NCBI RefSeq assembly: GCF_006345805.1
Contig: NC_042997.1
Span: 78,926,001 to 78,990,000 of the forward strand
Origin: Octopus sinensis
Lineage: Eukaryota
Direction: 5' to 3'
DNA length: 64,000 bases
Position numbers and translations under genes: made by a program. The notes under the pieces are model-generated. The model saw only the letters and a program-made list of their open reading frames with translations, ran no database searches and was not told where the DNA came from. This document shows, one piece after another, positions 48,601 to 61,987 of this stretch (the stretch's first letter is position 1; the number at the start of each line of letters is the position of its first letter).

Positions 48601-51049
48601 ATATCATTTGAAACTAATTTGTAGAAATAGTGTTCCAGAATTATATCTAACTCTAGCTTTTTGTCTTTTTCTTTCTTTATATCCTTTTGAGAAAAGGACT
48701 TTGCCCCAGGGTTTTTACGGGCCCTTTAAGACTAGGGATGACCTGGGGTTAAATAACAACTAAAAATAAAACTTATATCTAAGCACTAGGTTAAACAGTT
48801 GACTGCTAGTTAAAGAATATTTATTTTCTTTTTCAACAAAGGACCTTGTCAGAAACAAATTCTTCTACTTCTGACACAAATTTATTCCATTTTGTGTAGG
48901 AAAGCACCCAACTGTAAAAACCATAGCTTCAACATAAGTGTTAATATCACTGATGTTTTAATGAAAATAGATGCCTTTTTTTTATAGCGGCTGGATGTCC
49001 TTTCCACTGTTCAGTTAAATTGACTTAGGCAAGTAGAGAGGTCCTGCTGCTATACTACTTAGTGAATTGGAATTTATATCCAGTATCTTGGACCTGTATC
49101 TTGACTATTCAATTATTGATATCTTTATTAGCTTATTTGATGATAGAATTCTATAGAGAATGAAAATCATCAAGCTTTCTATAAAATCAGAATAATCCAT
49201 GCTACAACCTATTTGAGCTAGTGAATTGATTATAATAAAATATAAAAATATGCACCAATGTATAATTTCTACATGTTGTCAGTTGGCTGTAGCTGGTGTT
49301 ATGCAATTTCTTTAAATACATTAGAATTTTCTTTTTTTTTAATTTCAGTATTGTATAGTTAAAAAAAAAACTTTCTGTGAACATAAATAAGTATAAAATA
49401 GATCAAATATTCTAATTATTTCAGTATTGTAGGCTCAGCATACATGGTAATTAGTTTGGCTGGTGCTTTTTCTTTTCTTTTAGTTTAAAAATTTATGATT
49501 CTAATTTTTGTTTTACTATTTCTACTGTTTTTCTTTTTTTCAAATTCCTTAACTGCTGTTAAGTGAAATTCTACACCTCTTTATTTGTATTGAATTTTTA
49601 CCAAACTTGCTAAGAAATATCTTTTGTGTATATCTCAGTATCACTACTACTTCAAAAATCCTATATGCCATTTTATTTACTATTTTTTTATATAGTTTCA
49701 AATGTTTAGGGCTGCAAAATATTTCTAGAATAGAATAGCAACATGAAAACATTCTAGTAATAATATTGTTATATAACATAGAGAAGTGAAGTTGAGAAAG
49801 TTCTATTTTATAATTACCATGTTTTATATACACACATACACAAGTAATGCAGCCTGGTGTTACCCGGGTGTTATGACATACAGCCATATTGTATTATTTG
49901 TTCCTTTCTTATGGGCAGAATCAGCACAGCAGATATATAGTGAACTGGATTACTGGCATAATGGAAGTTATTGTTTGTTTAAAAGTGAAGGGGGTGGGTT
50001 AGGGTTACAATTTGCATAGGTTTGCATGAAAGTGCTTTCTGCTCGTAAGAATAATCACAAACTATGTATTGTATCATCGTATAAAAAGGGGGTTAATACA
50101 ATTTTGCCCAGGTATCACGTTTTCGAAATATTAGTTTTCCCCCATCCTCACCAAAATTTCTTAATGTGTAACTCTTTTTACGAATCTGGGAAATAATTTT
50201 TTTTTTAAAGTTTAATTTTTCTCAAAGAAACACTCAATGCCCCTTCCTCCACCCATCACCTACCCACTTTCAAAAATCTAAAAACACTTTGTGTTTCACT
50301 TTCATCTAATGTTTCACACATGCAGAGAATTGTACTGAAATAGTAGGCATAAAAAATATTAGAGCACCACCAGAAAACCTGACATGCTAGAAACAACAGG
50401 TAAACGACATTATTTCTGAAGAAACTTCCCCGCTTTCAAAAAAGCTAAAAGTGAAACATTGGGAGTTTGTAGCTTTTTGAAAGTTGTGAGGTGATGGGTG
50501 TATGTTTGGGAAGGAGATTTTAGTCTTTTCCTAAAAAACAAGAAAATTCTTAAAGATTCGTACTCTCTGTTTTACCAAGAAAAAAATGCAAAAAGGTAAA
50601 ATTTGAAGAAATTGGGAAAGAGAGAGTAAGTTAAAATATTGAGAACGTATTTTTTTGGACGAAATCCTAATCTCCTGTATTGAAAACATAGGAATAGGAA
50701 GAAATTTAGGAAAAAAATCAGGGGTGGAGGTGCAGATGTCACCTCAGACATGCTAGAAACAACAGGTAAAGCACAAGATTTCTGGGAGAACATCCTTTTA
50801 AATTTATATCGAAGATCAGGTTTTTAAATACAGTCATCACAAACAGGAATTACAGAATAGAAAAAGGTGATTTCAATTGGATTTGAGCTGTAATTTTGCA
50901 CATGTACATAGCAAGAAATAACATAATTTATACAGAAGTTTTACCTGGAGTGTGTGTGTGTGTGTGACAAAGGAAGTTATTTAAAGGCATTCTTTTGTTT
51001 GAAGCAGGAAAGTTGTCACCTCAATCATATGGGATCTGATTGTTCATTA

Positions 51050-52198
51050 ATTTTTGTAAAATTTTTTAAATTTCTTTATGCTTTGAAAAGAGCAGAAATT
51101 GAAAGAGAGGAGAAAGTGAAAGGTGACATTTGCCTTGAAGTGAGAGTAGAAAGTGAAAGAGAGGAGGAAGTAAAAGACATATACTGTATATGAATTAGAC
51201 ATGTGTATGAGAGAGCGTGAAGATGTGTATCATCATGTATGTATTTTTTTGCATGTATGTGTAAGTGGCACTCACTCTCTCTCTCTCACAACACACATCT
51301 TTCATCTACAAGTTCATGAATACATATCCATACATCTTTTTTGTATGTATGTATGTGTGCATATGCATGTGAGAGAGAAAGTGAGTGACTGCATTTCCTC
51401 ATAACATAGAAAAATGGATGTCTTTTAAGGTACACACTCATATAGAAAATATGATGTTGTCATGGCATAAAGTGTTGTTTAGGATAGTTGAATTATAGAA
51501 AGATTATAATGTTAAACTTTTGTAATGCAAATGTGTAAATGAAAATAAAGTTTATTTGTTAGCTGAAAGATTACTGAATCTTTTGATACTCCATAGGTCA
51601 AAATTGGCAACACAGATTTTGAATGTATTTGTTAAATTCTGTAAAATTCTTTTATTTCTTTATGCTTTGAAGGTAGCAGAAATTGAAAGAGAAGAGATGA
51701 AAGAGAGGAGAAAGTGAAGATGTATGTATGTGTATATGAAATGGATGTGTGTGTGTGCATGAGAAAGAGAAGGGGAGAGAGTAAGTGAGTGAAGGTGTGT
51801 GTTGTCATGTCTGTGTAAGTGGCACTCACTTGGTCTTTCTCTCTGTCTCACACACACACATCTTTCATATACACATACATAAATGCATATGCATACATCT
51901 TTTTTGGTATATATGTGTGCATGTGTGAGAGAGAGAGTGAGTGACTGTATTTCGTCATAACATATAGGGAAATGGATGTCTTTTAAGGTACGAACTCATA
52001 TAGAAAATGTGACATCATCGTCATTGTCATCGTGATATAAAATGTTTACAATAGTTGACTTATAGAAAAGATTATAATGTAAAATTTTTGTAATGCAAAT
52101 ATGTAAATGAAAATAAAGTTTATTTGGTAGTCATAAGATTACTGAATCTTTTGATACCCCATACATCAAAATCAGCAACTCAGTTTTTGAATGCATAA
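51050..52198. repeat. Diverged tandem duplication, ~580-bp unit
   Basis: Collinear shared blocks in both halves, e.g. TTTCTTTATGCTTTGAA, GTAAGTGGCACTCACT, AAATGGATGTCTTTTAAGGTAC, AAATGAAAATAAAGTTTATTTG. Confidence 0.9.
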
Positions 52199-52548
52199 GG
52201 AAGATACACACACACAAACTCTCTTTTATACATATGGAAGACGTCTCTGTCTATCATTCTCTTTGTCTGTCTCTCACATTCCCTGTATGTCTATCTCTTC
52301 CTGTCTCTTCTTCCCTGATATCAGCCATCCTCATCATTCCACATTTTCCTGAACCTAACACTCATTTTATCATGTAATAGCCCAACCCCCATAGTCAGTC
52401 CATTATCAATTTTTATCGAAATCCAATTAGACTATAATTGAACTAGAAGTTCAACATGTATACAAAGTTTGAAGATTGGTTCCCTGGTTTGGGCAACAAG
52501 ATAGTAAGGCACAGATAGGCTGACAGAAATTGCCATTTATATATAAGA

Positions 52549-54770
52549 CTAGCAGATTTGCCTGGCAATGCTCGGGGCTGAATTGCTTGAAAGTACTGTT
52601 AATGATTGCACTGAATTATGAGGATTATTCAGGCAAATATTGATATAAGTTTACGGCGAATGAATGTATTTGTAAGTGTATAGAAAGCTGTGTAAAGGGG
52701 TTCCTAACCCCTCATAGAATGGTGTAAGAATTGAATGCGAGGTTGCCTTGAAAAGAGCCATGTTATTGTTCTCATAATTGTAAGAATTTGATAGTCGTGG
52801 AAGGCGGTGTAAAACGTTCGCAGGTGAATAGGGTCTCTTCGTTTTCCACAAATGGCAGTGGATGTGCTGTTACAAAACTTCATGCTGTGTTAAAAGAGAA
52901 TGGATGCCCTATGTAGGCAAGAGGGGAATGAAGCATGGGTAATTTATAAAATATAGAACAATAGCATCTACTCACCATATGTCAGACCGGCAAGACTGTA
53001 GTGGTGCTGAATAGATGAATCACAACACAGTGGTGGAGTTGTTTTCATTGATGGGCGTTATGATTAAATTTGTTGTTGTATAAAATGATCTGTTACTTAG
53101 TTTCCAAAGTGTATGTTGCGATCGTGTTGTCACTTATGTAAACTTTAACAGTGAGAGTGTAGATGTAGGGGGTAGATGTGTCATATACGTTGGATATAGA
53201 AGATGAGGCTGGTGGTTTGATGATGAATGGATAGAAATAGAGGTGAGTGAAGGACAGGTGTTGGTTAAGTGTGAATTAATGTCATGAAACGCCTAAAAAT
53301 GTAAATGCCATCATAAAAGAGAGTCGTATGTAAGTGAAATACTAACGTGTTCGAAAATGATGAAACATAATCCTATAAAAACTCCTTGTACACAATGTTT
53401 TTTGTTTTTCGTTGTGGAACGAATGCATCACTGTTGCTGCTGACACGCGAGCAGGCAACATAAAGCTGACCATGAGAGAAACATGGCTCTCCCAAATGTA
53501 TTCCCGCCACAGACAGTGTTTGACCCTGCGCTTTGTTAATTGACATTGCGAAACATGGCCTTACTGGGAACTGGGACCTCTGAAATATGAAAGGTAGGTC
53601 TGCTCCTGATGGGAAAAAGATGCATCCTAGGTATGAGCACAACGTTGCCTCGACTGCACCCTGTGATAATGGTGGCCTCAATCAGATTGGGAGATAAGGA
53701 CTTAACGATCAAACGTGTGCCATTGCATTGTTTTGGGGGAACCAAATTTCTAATGAGCATTATAGGGGCACCAACTTTAAGTTTGAGAATGTGTGGTGGT
53801 AGTCCGGGGGGCTCAAAGGAATTGAGTACCTCTATTGGATAGTTGATGACGTCCTCTGGGTCAGGAGTTGTATCGATAGACTTATATACATAGACATCCC
53901 CAGGAATGAGTTTTAGCATTTCATCATTAATATGGTGAACAGTTTTATTCCTCGGGGCCAGAATAGCCCTTTGGCCAATCCAATCCATATTCTGATAATT
54001 AGCTTGTAGATCTGGGAACACTGCATCTCTGAGATCAGAAGGCGTTTTAACAATGGTACAAATGGAATCAATGGCAATATTACCATTTTCATCCCCTGGT
54101 ATTTTGCCTTCGCCAAGTGCAAGGAGGGTGTGAGAAAATGCTGCTGATGTGATATCACGTCACATATGAGCACGCATATTGGTGTGAAGTTTGAGAGTCT
54201 TCACCAGTGGCTACAATGTGGACGACTCTGTGGGCCATCGTGCATTCATCCCAAACGATAAGCTTGCATCGTCTGAAGACTTCTGCCTGATCGGAGCTGT
54301 TACTGATGTTGCAAGTTGGTGTCTCAGTCTTCGCTAAGTCAAGCGGGAGCTTGAAAGTGGAGTGAGCTGTCCTGCCGCCTGGCAACAAAGTAGCCGCAAT
54401 TCCAGATGATGCCACAGTTAGGGCATTGCCTTGTGTTCGCCTAATCTCAGCCAATATTAATTTGTTGACAAAAAGTTTTCCCAGTGCCCCCAGGAGCGTC
54501 CAGGAAAAAAATCCCCCCAGCTTTGGCCCGAACTGAATTAACAACGGAGATGTAAGCGAACTTCTGTTCTGGAAGGAGCTTTGGCTCATTGTCGGCTATG
54601 TACTCGGCAAGCTCGTCAATATTAATACATGTCTCACGCAGCAAATGTGAAGACAGAGTGTTTGTGCCTTCCCGGTTTGTTGAAGGTAGGCCATAGACCG
54701 GCAAGGCACTACCGCCCATATCAAGTACAGTATCTTCGAACATAGTTTGTTACCACACAGCCACACCTGC
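52549..54770 (-). mobile_element. Helitron 3' part with a degenerate PIF1-like helicase
   Basis: Minus strand: FFLDAPGGTGKTF, VASSGIAATLLPGGRTAHS, IVWDECTM, LKVGAPIMLIRNL, CNGTRL, FAMSINKAQGQTL, FSHGQLYVACSRV. 3' hairpin CCCCGAGCATTGCCAGG followed by CTAG|T at 52549. Confidence 0.95.
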
Positions 54771-55850
54771 CCCTATGTATGTGTATGTGTGTATGGGTAG
54801 ATATATTATGCATGTATATATGTGTATATATATATATGTGTACATATTACATGTACATCTATATATATATATACATCTACACATAAAATACAAAATACAA
54901 AGTTATATCTTGATATTGCTAGTGATAACAATACTCAAAATATATAACAGACTGGAATTGTAGGCCCGTCTCTTGCAATTTCGATCAATTGGATCTTGTC
55001 CTCCCTCTTGTATAGAAGTGTACGGCTGCAGCGAAATTCATTTTTGGACTTTCTTCTATCGAAGGCATTTTAACAAAAATGCTTCCGTAAAGACAGTGAA
55101 AATATTGTCAATTTCCCAAAACAGGGACACAATTCAATTTTGAAATAATAACGAAAGCCCCTTCTCCGAAAGGGGGAGGGTTATGGTTTACAATTATTTA
55201 ACAAATGCAACACAACAACGTTTACCTGACGAGGAACCAACAAATGTGATTACAATAGTCAAACAGTAATAATAATAACAACAAACCTTTTTAATTTAAA
55301 CCCATTTATGTGAAACCACTTATTCAAGTTCAAGTCATTGATGCAATTTTATACGAATTGCTAATACACACACGCACACACACACACACACACATAATAA
55401 GGGTGAAAAATTGAATATTAATTTGATTAATATGAATTGAAAACCAGTGGTGTAGCATATAAGACCATAGTGGATCTTCCTCTAGCAAAAAGGATGACCA
55501 GTATTAATGGCTCATCCCTGTTATATAAATACTTTCACTTTAATTGTTGCACACTTGCAAAGAGAAAGGAGGAGAAAGTGTAGTGGTAATGGAAGGAGTG
55601 AAGCACTTGAAATGAGAGGGGGTCAAATTGAAAAAACTTTACATGCCATGACCCAATGGAATCTACTTTGAAAAATCATAGGTAAATTCCAATTGAAGAA
55701 ATTCTATATTGTACAATTGTATAAAAAACGAACAATTTGGGAAGCAGAGAAAATTTGCCTTTTATCATAAGATATATATATATCTTATGATATATTGAAC
55801 AATTTGGGAAGCAGAGAAAATTTGCCTTTTATCATAAGATATATATATAT

Positions 55851-56388
55851 AAATCGAATTGAACCAGCCAGGATCCCTGGTCTGGTGGTACGTAAAAAGC
55901 ACTATCCGACTCGTGGCAGATGCCAGCGCCGCCTCCACTGGCTTCCATGCCGGTAGCACGTAAAATACACCAATCCGACCGTACGACAGGCACCCATGCC
56001 AACCCCCTTTGCTTGCGAAGACATGTTGGGGCAAGCGAAATCGAAATCGAATTGAACCAGCCAGGATCCCTGGTCTGGTGGTACGTAAAAAGCACTATCC
56101 GACTCGTGGCCAATGCCAGCACCGCCTTGACTGGCTTCCGTGCCGGTGGCACATAAAATACACCAATCCGACCGTGGCCGTTGCCAGCCTCGCCTGGCAC
56201 CTGTGCAGGTGGCACGCAAAAAGCACCCACTACACTCACGGAGTGGTTGGCGTTAGGAAGGGCATCCAGCTGTAGAAACATTGCCAGATAAGACTGGAGC
56301 CTGGTGCAGCCTTCTGGCTTCTCAGATCCCCGGTCGAACCGTCCAACCCATGCTAGCATGGAGAACGGACATTAAACGATGATGATGA

Positions 56389-56391
<3 letters not shown>
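55851..56391 (+). mobile_element. RTE 3' UTR fragment with an internal ~194-bp duplication
   Basis: AATCGAATTGAACCAGCCAGGATCCC occurs at ~55852 and ~56046; ends with the standard tail and (GAT)n. Confidence 0.88.
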
Positions 56392-56428
<37 letters not shown>

Positions 56429-57584
56429 TATATATATATTTTGTTTTTCTTTTTGTTTCAGTCATTGGATTGCAACCCTGCTGGGGCACTGCATTGAAGG
56501 TTTTAGTTGAACAAATCACTCCAGTATTTATACTTTTTTAAGTCTGTTACTTATACTATTGTTTTATTTATTTTTTTTTTTTGCTGAACTACTTAGTTAC
56601 AGGAATGTAAACAAATCAACACCGGTTGTCAATTAGTGATGAGGGACACACACACCTACATATATTAGGTGCTAGCATAGCTTGCTTCCCAACTACATGA
56701 TTCTGGGTTCAGTCCCACTGCATAGCACCTTGGGTAAGTCATTTCTACTATAGCTCTGTTCCAACCAAAGCATTATGAATGGATTTAGTGGACAGAAACT
56801 GAAAGAAGCCAGCCGTGTGTGTTCTCCATCACTGTTTGACAACTGGCATTGGTTTGTTTACATCCCCATAATTTTATGGTGTGTTAAAAAAATTAAGTAC
56901 TGGAGTTGGTTTGTTCAACTTGACCCTTCTAGGTGATGCCCCAGCATTACTACTGTCTAATGACTGAAACAACTAAAAGATAAAAGATGTGTGTGTGTGT
57001 GTGTAAACACATGATAGGATTTTGCACAGTTTCTCTCTATCATATTCACTCACAATGTATTGATCAGTCTAGGGCTATAGTAGAAGACACTTGCTCAAGG
57101 TGCTGTGCAGTGGGACTGAGCCTGGCACATGGTTGCAAAGTGAGCTTCTTAACCACTCAACCATACCTGGGCACATATAATTTCTTTAAATTACTTTACG
57201 TATTATATTGCAAGTTAAATATTGAAATGAAATAGAGTACTTTCTTTAACTACCATTTTCATTTTTCTGCAGCTTTTCCATAGTAGTATAGATTAAATAA
57301 TACTTTTTTTAAATAGTGTTTTATGATCAGATGCTTTTCCTGATACTAACCCTTTTAGTTGCCTCTTAACAACCTGTAGAGATATGGGGTACTTGTTCTA
57401 AAAATCAGGTGTACTCTTAAAGAGGTGTGATAATATTGAATTGTGTTAAATTAATAGAATTAGTTGTCAACTAATTTTCAGCAAGTTCCTGACTCTTAGA
57501 CATGCAAGGTGTAGTCAATTTTCTAGGTAACATTTAAAATGTAATTTAGATAAAAACTTTGTGTGTTTATAATACTTTGAAGTC

Positions 57585-57915
57585 TCTGAGACCCCCTTTG
57601 GTCATGACTAACCATGGGATTGCACCTAGAAAGTTACCCTCCCAGGCACAAGTCTGGGCAAGGTTATTTATGGAAGACCAGCAGTCGCCCATGCATACTG
57701 GCCTCCCCTCTCCACACCACCAGTGTTATTCAAAGGAAAGGCAAAGGCCGATACAGCTTGGCACCTGTGACATCACAATTCATTTCTACAGCTGAGTGAA
57801 CTGGAGCAATGTGAATAAAGTGTCTTGCTCAAGAACACAACTCACAACCTGGTCCGGATTTGAGCTCACAACCTCACGATCATAAGCTCAACACTAATCA
57901 CTGACCCATGTGCCT
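57585..57915 (-). mobile_element. tRNA-derived SINE, second family (V/Meta-like core)
   Basis: Minus strand: A-box-like CAGTG...AG, GAGGTTGTGAGCTCAAATCC, then GTGTTCTTGAGCAAGACACTTT. Fragments at ~23570-23790 and ~26800-27030. Confidence 0.75.
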
Positions 57916-60114
57916 TTGAAGTACTATTCTAGAAAGAAACATATCAGCAGTCCTTCATAGGACTGATATGTAACAAACTATTGATTTGAATATTGTTCAC
58001 ATAGGCACAGGCTTGGCTGTATGGTAAGAAGTTTGTTTCCTACCCACATGGTTCTGGGTTCAATCCCAGTGTAGTACCTTATATAATTGAGTCTACACAT
58101 GTCTATACATGTCAGTTGACACTGACAGAGTAAACTGGCACATTTTAAGTAGTGAAAGACATTTTAGCAGAAGTAGTACAGTTAATAGAAGAAGCTAAAA
58201 AAAGACCCAAGAAAATTGTGGAAAGTATCTTCTGCTATAGCCTTGGGGCAATCAAAACTTGGTGAGTGGATTTGGTAGGTGGAAACTGAAAGACACCCAT
58301 CATGTGTGTGTGCATGTTTGTCCCTCACCACTGCTTGACAACCTATGTTAGAGTGTTACTTAACGAGGTTGATTTATTCAACTAAAACTCTTGAAGGTGG
58401 TGCCCCAGCATAGCTACAGTCTGATGACTGAAACAACTAAAAAATAAAAGATGCTGACATGTTTGAATGTTTTTATTTTTTCTTGGATAATAATTGGACA
58501 TTACTATGCTTGAATAATACACATATGAAGCCTTCCAACTCACTACAAATATTAGGTCCCTTATTACTCTCTTTTAGTATCTCAAGCCAGTTAACTGATA
58601 AGTAAAAACTCACCTCCACACAACAACCACTAGCTCACAGATTCAATGCATTTCTTTTTTCTATCTATTATAACTATAATAACCTCTGTTTCTCTGACCT
58701 ACCATCTTTCTAAAGCCTAACCAATATGCCTATTTCTTGTTATATTTGCTATATATTACCACTCCCCTAGGTTCTGAATTGAAAACTTTACACAATAATT
58801 TCTCTTTAACCACATATTTTCTTGCAGATGTTGACCTACATAAGTTCAAGCTGAAAATTAACCTCTTCAATTTTACTCATCTTGTGTGGGGAAGGGCTAT
58901 CAAATGCAATTAGTGTTATTCTCTTGTAACTATTAATAATGTCAGATTATCAGTTATTGGGGGTAGGGAGAGGAGCAAAGAATGAATATCTATTGGAGAA
59001 TAGAATATCCAAACATTGTGAAACTTAGGTAATGGATTTGTTTTGACTTCTCTGAACTACTATACATTTAAAAATGTAATACGTTGACTGAGATATTTCA
59101 TATATTATTGTACAGAAATCAGAAATCAATAACTCTGCTTACATCATTCAATAAATTTGGGTCAATGGCTGAACTATTGACCACATGGTTGTGAATACAA
59201 ATTTTATTGCAGCTATTGTCTTTATGCTGGCATCTGTTTGTTTATCCAACTGAAAAAATTCCACCTCACTCGTAGGAAGGGCATCTGGTTGTCAAAAAGA
59301 TATTGTCTCTACAAAAGACCCATTTTATTAAGAAATTTTTAAAAACAGTGGTGTATATATTTGTATATGTGCATGTACATATTCAGTTTCTTCTTACTGA
59401 AGATATGCAAATACTTGTATTTTTGAAAATTAATAGTAAATAGGTAATTATGTTAGATTAAAGATAATATTAGAGGTAGCATGTATTTATAATTGTTGAA
59501 ATAATATAAGATTTCACTTTTGTGGATTAACAATGGAACTTATTTTGTTTTTGAACGGACAGTCAAAACTATTGAAAAAGTTGCAAGATGCAATGAAAAT
59601 TTTAGAAAAATAAAAATAAGAAAAAAGTGGAAATTTTACCGGTGAGTGTGTTATAAGACACAAAAAGAAAATGACTTTCCCCAGATAAAACAGAATGGAA
59701 TTTAGTTTGATATAAAAGTAGAAGCATTTGGACTTATTGTGTTCTTTCTTAAATAGTAAACTGGAATAATCCAATCCATTTTTGGCTATAGTATTGGTTG
59801 AGTTTTGAAAACATTTCTTTCACTGATAAGTTTTCTACCATCTTAGGTTGTTTCCATGGAATGATTTCCTAGGATGGGAATTGCAAAGGCTCCAGTGGAA
59901 ATGTTTTTATTTAATCTTATGTAATAGAAAAGTTGAATGAGAAGTTAGCAACCTCTTCTCAGAAAAACTGAAATATTATTGGAATTGTGCTAGGATGGAC
60001 TGATGTATAAGTACAGTATGAAGCAGCAATAAATGAAAGAAAAATAGAAAAGTTGTTCTTGAATTGTTTTAAATGTTAAATCTTCAACGAATTTACTAAA
60101 ATTTCTTTCATCAG

Positions 60115-60182
60115 GCCGTACTCTGCGAGGGAAAGCATTTTACAACGTCCATGGAAAAGTCTACTGTGAAGAAGATTACCTT
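60115..60182 (+). CDS. WTIP: Ajuba/LIMD1/WTIP-family LIM protein: exon completing LIM1
   Basis: TTTCTTTCATCAG acceptor, GTAAGT donor, 68 bp; splices in frame to the previous exon: [23 protein letters not shown]. The joined domain fits C-x2-C-x18-H-x2-C-x2-C-x2-C-x17-C-x2-D. Confidence 0.95.
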
Positions 60183-60765
60183 GTAAGTTAATGTTATTTC
60201 ACTAATATAATTAATAAGCTAGGTGTTTCTAAGTGATATTAATTGCTGTTTTTTCATAACTGTCATTAGAAAATGTCATTGTGGTTTATGGCCTAGTAAA
60301 TTGTTAGGTAGTGATATAATTTTATTTTCAGTAATTTAACAACTTACCTTTACAAATTTTTATTATATAAATATAATGTTATTACTCATATTTTTTAAGC
60401 TGTATAGATTTTCTGATTCCATGTCATTTTACATCTGTTTTTCATACTAGTATGGATTGGATGGGTATCGCAATGGTTTGTCACTTACCAAGGCATTTTA
60501 ATCTCAGGCACACCCAGCAACAGAAAAAATTGTATGTATGTGTGGGTAGGAGAGGGGGGAATAGCTAGATATCCTTCCCATCACTAACCATTTTACGTGT
60601 GTATTTTGGGTGTATTTATCATGCTGTGAGTTCTGAAAAGGTCTGTGACAGAAGTAGAATGTCCCCTCTATTCTGTCAGTTTTAAATCTGAGTTACTGCT
60701 CTCTTAGCTTGACCTTACTAGTGCTTTCAGAGCTCTGAATAGGACAGCCTTTTTTAAACTTTGTA

Positions 60766-61987
60766 TTGGGTCATCCTATAAATAATGCAGAGGGGGATGG
60801 GATAAACTACCTGCATCAACTTGCTATAAAAGCAGGTAGTAATTTTACTTTGTGCTTATTCTTAGTGCAAATTTTGAAGAGTGCAGTTCGATTTTAACAG
60901 TTATTTTTTCAAATCTATAATGGAAGTGACAAAGGAGCATATTCGAATTATTTTGCTTTATCAGTTCAATAAAGGCAACAGCACAACGGAAAGTGCGACG
61001 TATATTACTACAATATGTGGGGATCAGACAATAAGTGTAAGCCAGTGTTAACAGGGGCTCCAGAAATTCCAAGCTGGAAACTACAGCCTAGAAGACGAGT
61101 CTCATCCTGGAAGATCAGTAGAGCCCCACGAGGACATCCTGTAAACTCTGGAACAAAATCCCATTGTAACTGTTGAGGAACTAGCAGAGAAGTTTGGATT
61201 TGATCATTCAACCATTCATTGACACCTGCGTGCCATTGGAAAAGTCAGCAAATTGGGTCAATGGGTTCCTCACAAACTTTCTGAGTCTAATTGTGTGCAG
61301 AGAGTGACTGTGTGCTCTTTTTTGCTGTCACATTTCACAAATGAACCTTTTTTAAACTCTATAAAAATGTTAAATGCTGAAGACAGTGTGTAGGGAAAGG
61401 AGAAACACCAGCATCCGAGGCTAAAGTAGATTTTCACCCATGTAAGATGTTGTTATCTGTTTGGTGGGATATGAAAGATTTAGTCCACTTTGAACTTTTA
61501 AACCCAAACCAAATGAGAAGAAAGGAGATCTGCTGTCAGCAACATGAGTGGCTTAAGTCAGTCCTAGAAACAAATGACCATCTTTGGTTTCAAGACAGAA
61601 GGGGTTCTTCTATCAGGATAATGCTCAGCCACATACAGTGAGGATGACATTCCAAAGGCTGGAGCAGTTTGAATGGGAAACAATGCCCCACCCACCATAT
61701 TCGCCGGACAGTGCCCCATATGATTATCATTTATTATGCAATCTTCAAAATCATTTGGACAGAAAAAATATGAATTTTGTAGATGAGATCAGAACAGTAC
61801 TGGAGGAGTATTTTTCATCACGGACAAGTGAATTTTGGAAGAGGGGCCTTGCAAGTCTACCAGATAGATGGAAGAGCATTGTAGAAAATGGAGAGTATAT
61901 TTTAGATTAAAAAAGAATTTTGTTTATCTTAGTTTTGAAAAATACAAGAAATATAAATAAAATTGCATTATTTATGGGATGACCCAA
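60766..61987 (+). mobile_element. Near-full-length degenerate mariner (DD34D)
   Basis: TA TSDs; TIRs TTGGGTCATCC(T/C)ATAAATAATGC. ATG at 60920 (MEVTKEHIRIILLYQF), GQWVPHKL, MLLSVWWD, QDNAQPH...HPPYSPDSAPYD with 34-residue spacing; stops and frameshifts. Confidence 0.93.

Noticed and set aside
54960-55300. CpG-containing non-repetitive segment next to the Helitron
   Set aside because: No ORF, termini or motif could be supported; probably another TE fragment, left uncalled.
57840-57915. tRNA gene
   Set aside because: The tRNA-like head continues into a SINE core and tail and no intact cloverleaf could be built; the same applies to the other SINE heads.
60497-60540. Candidate next exon (CAG|GCACACCCAGCAACAGAAAAAATTGT)
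   Set aside because: Does not encode the expected YSGFQQTAxKC continuation in any frame.
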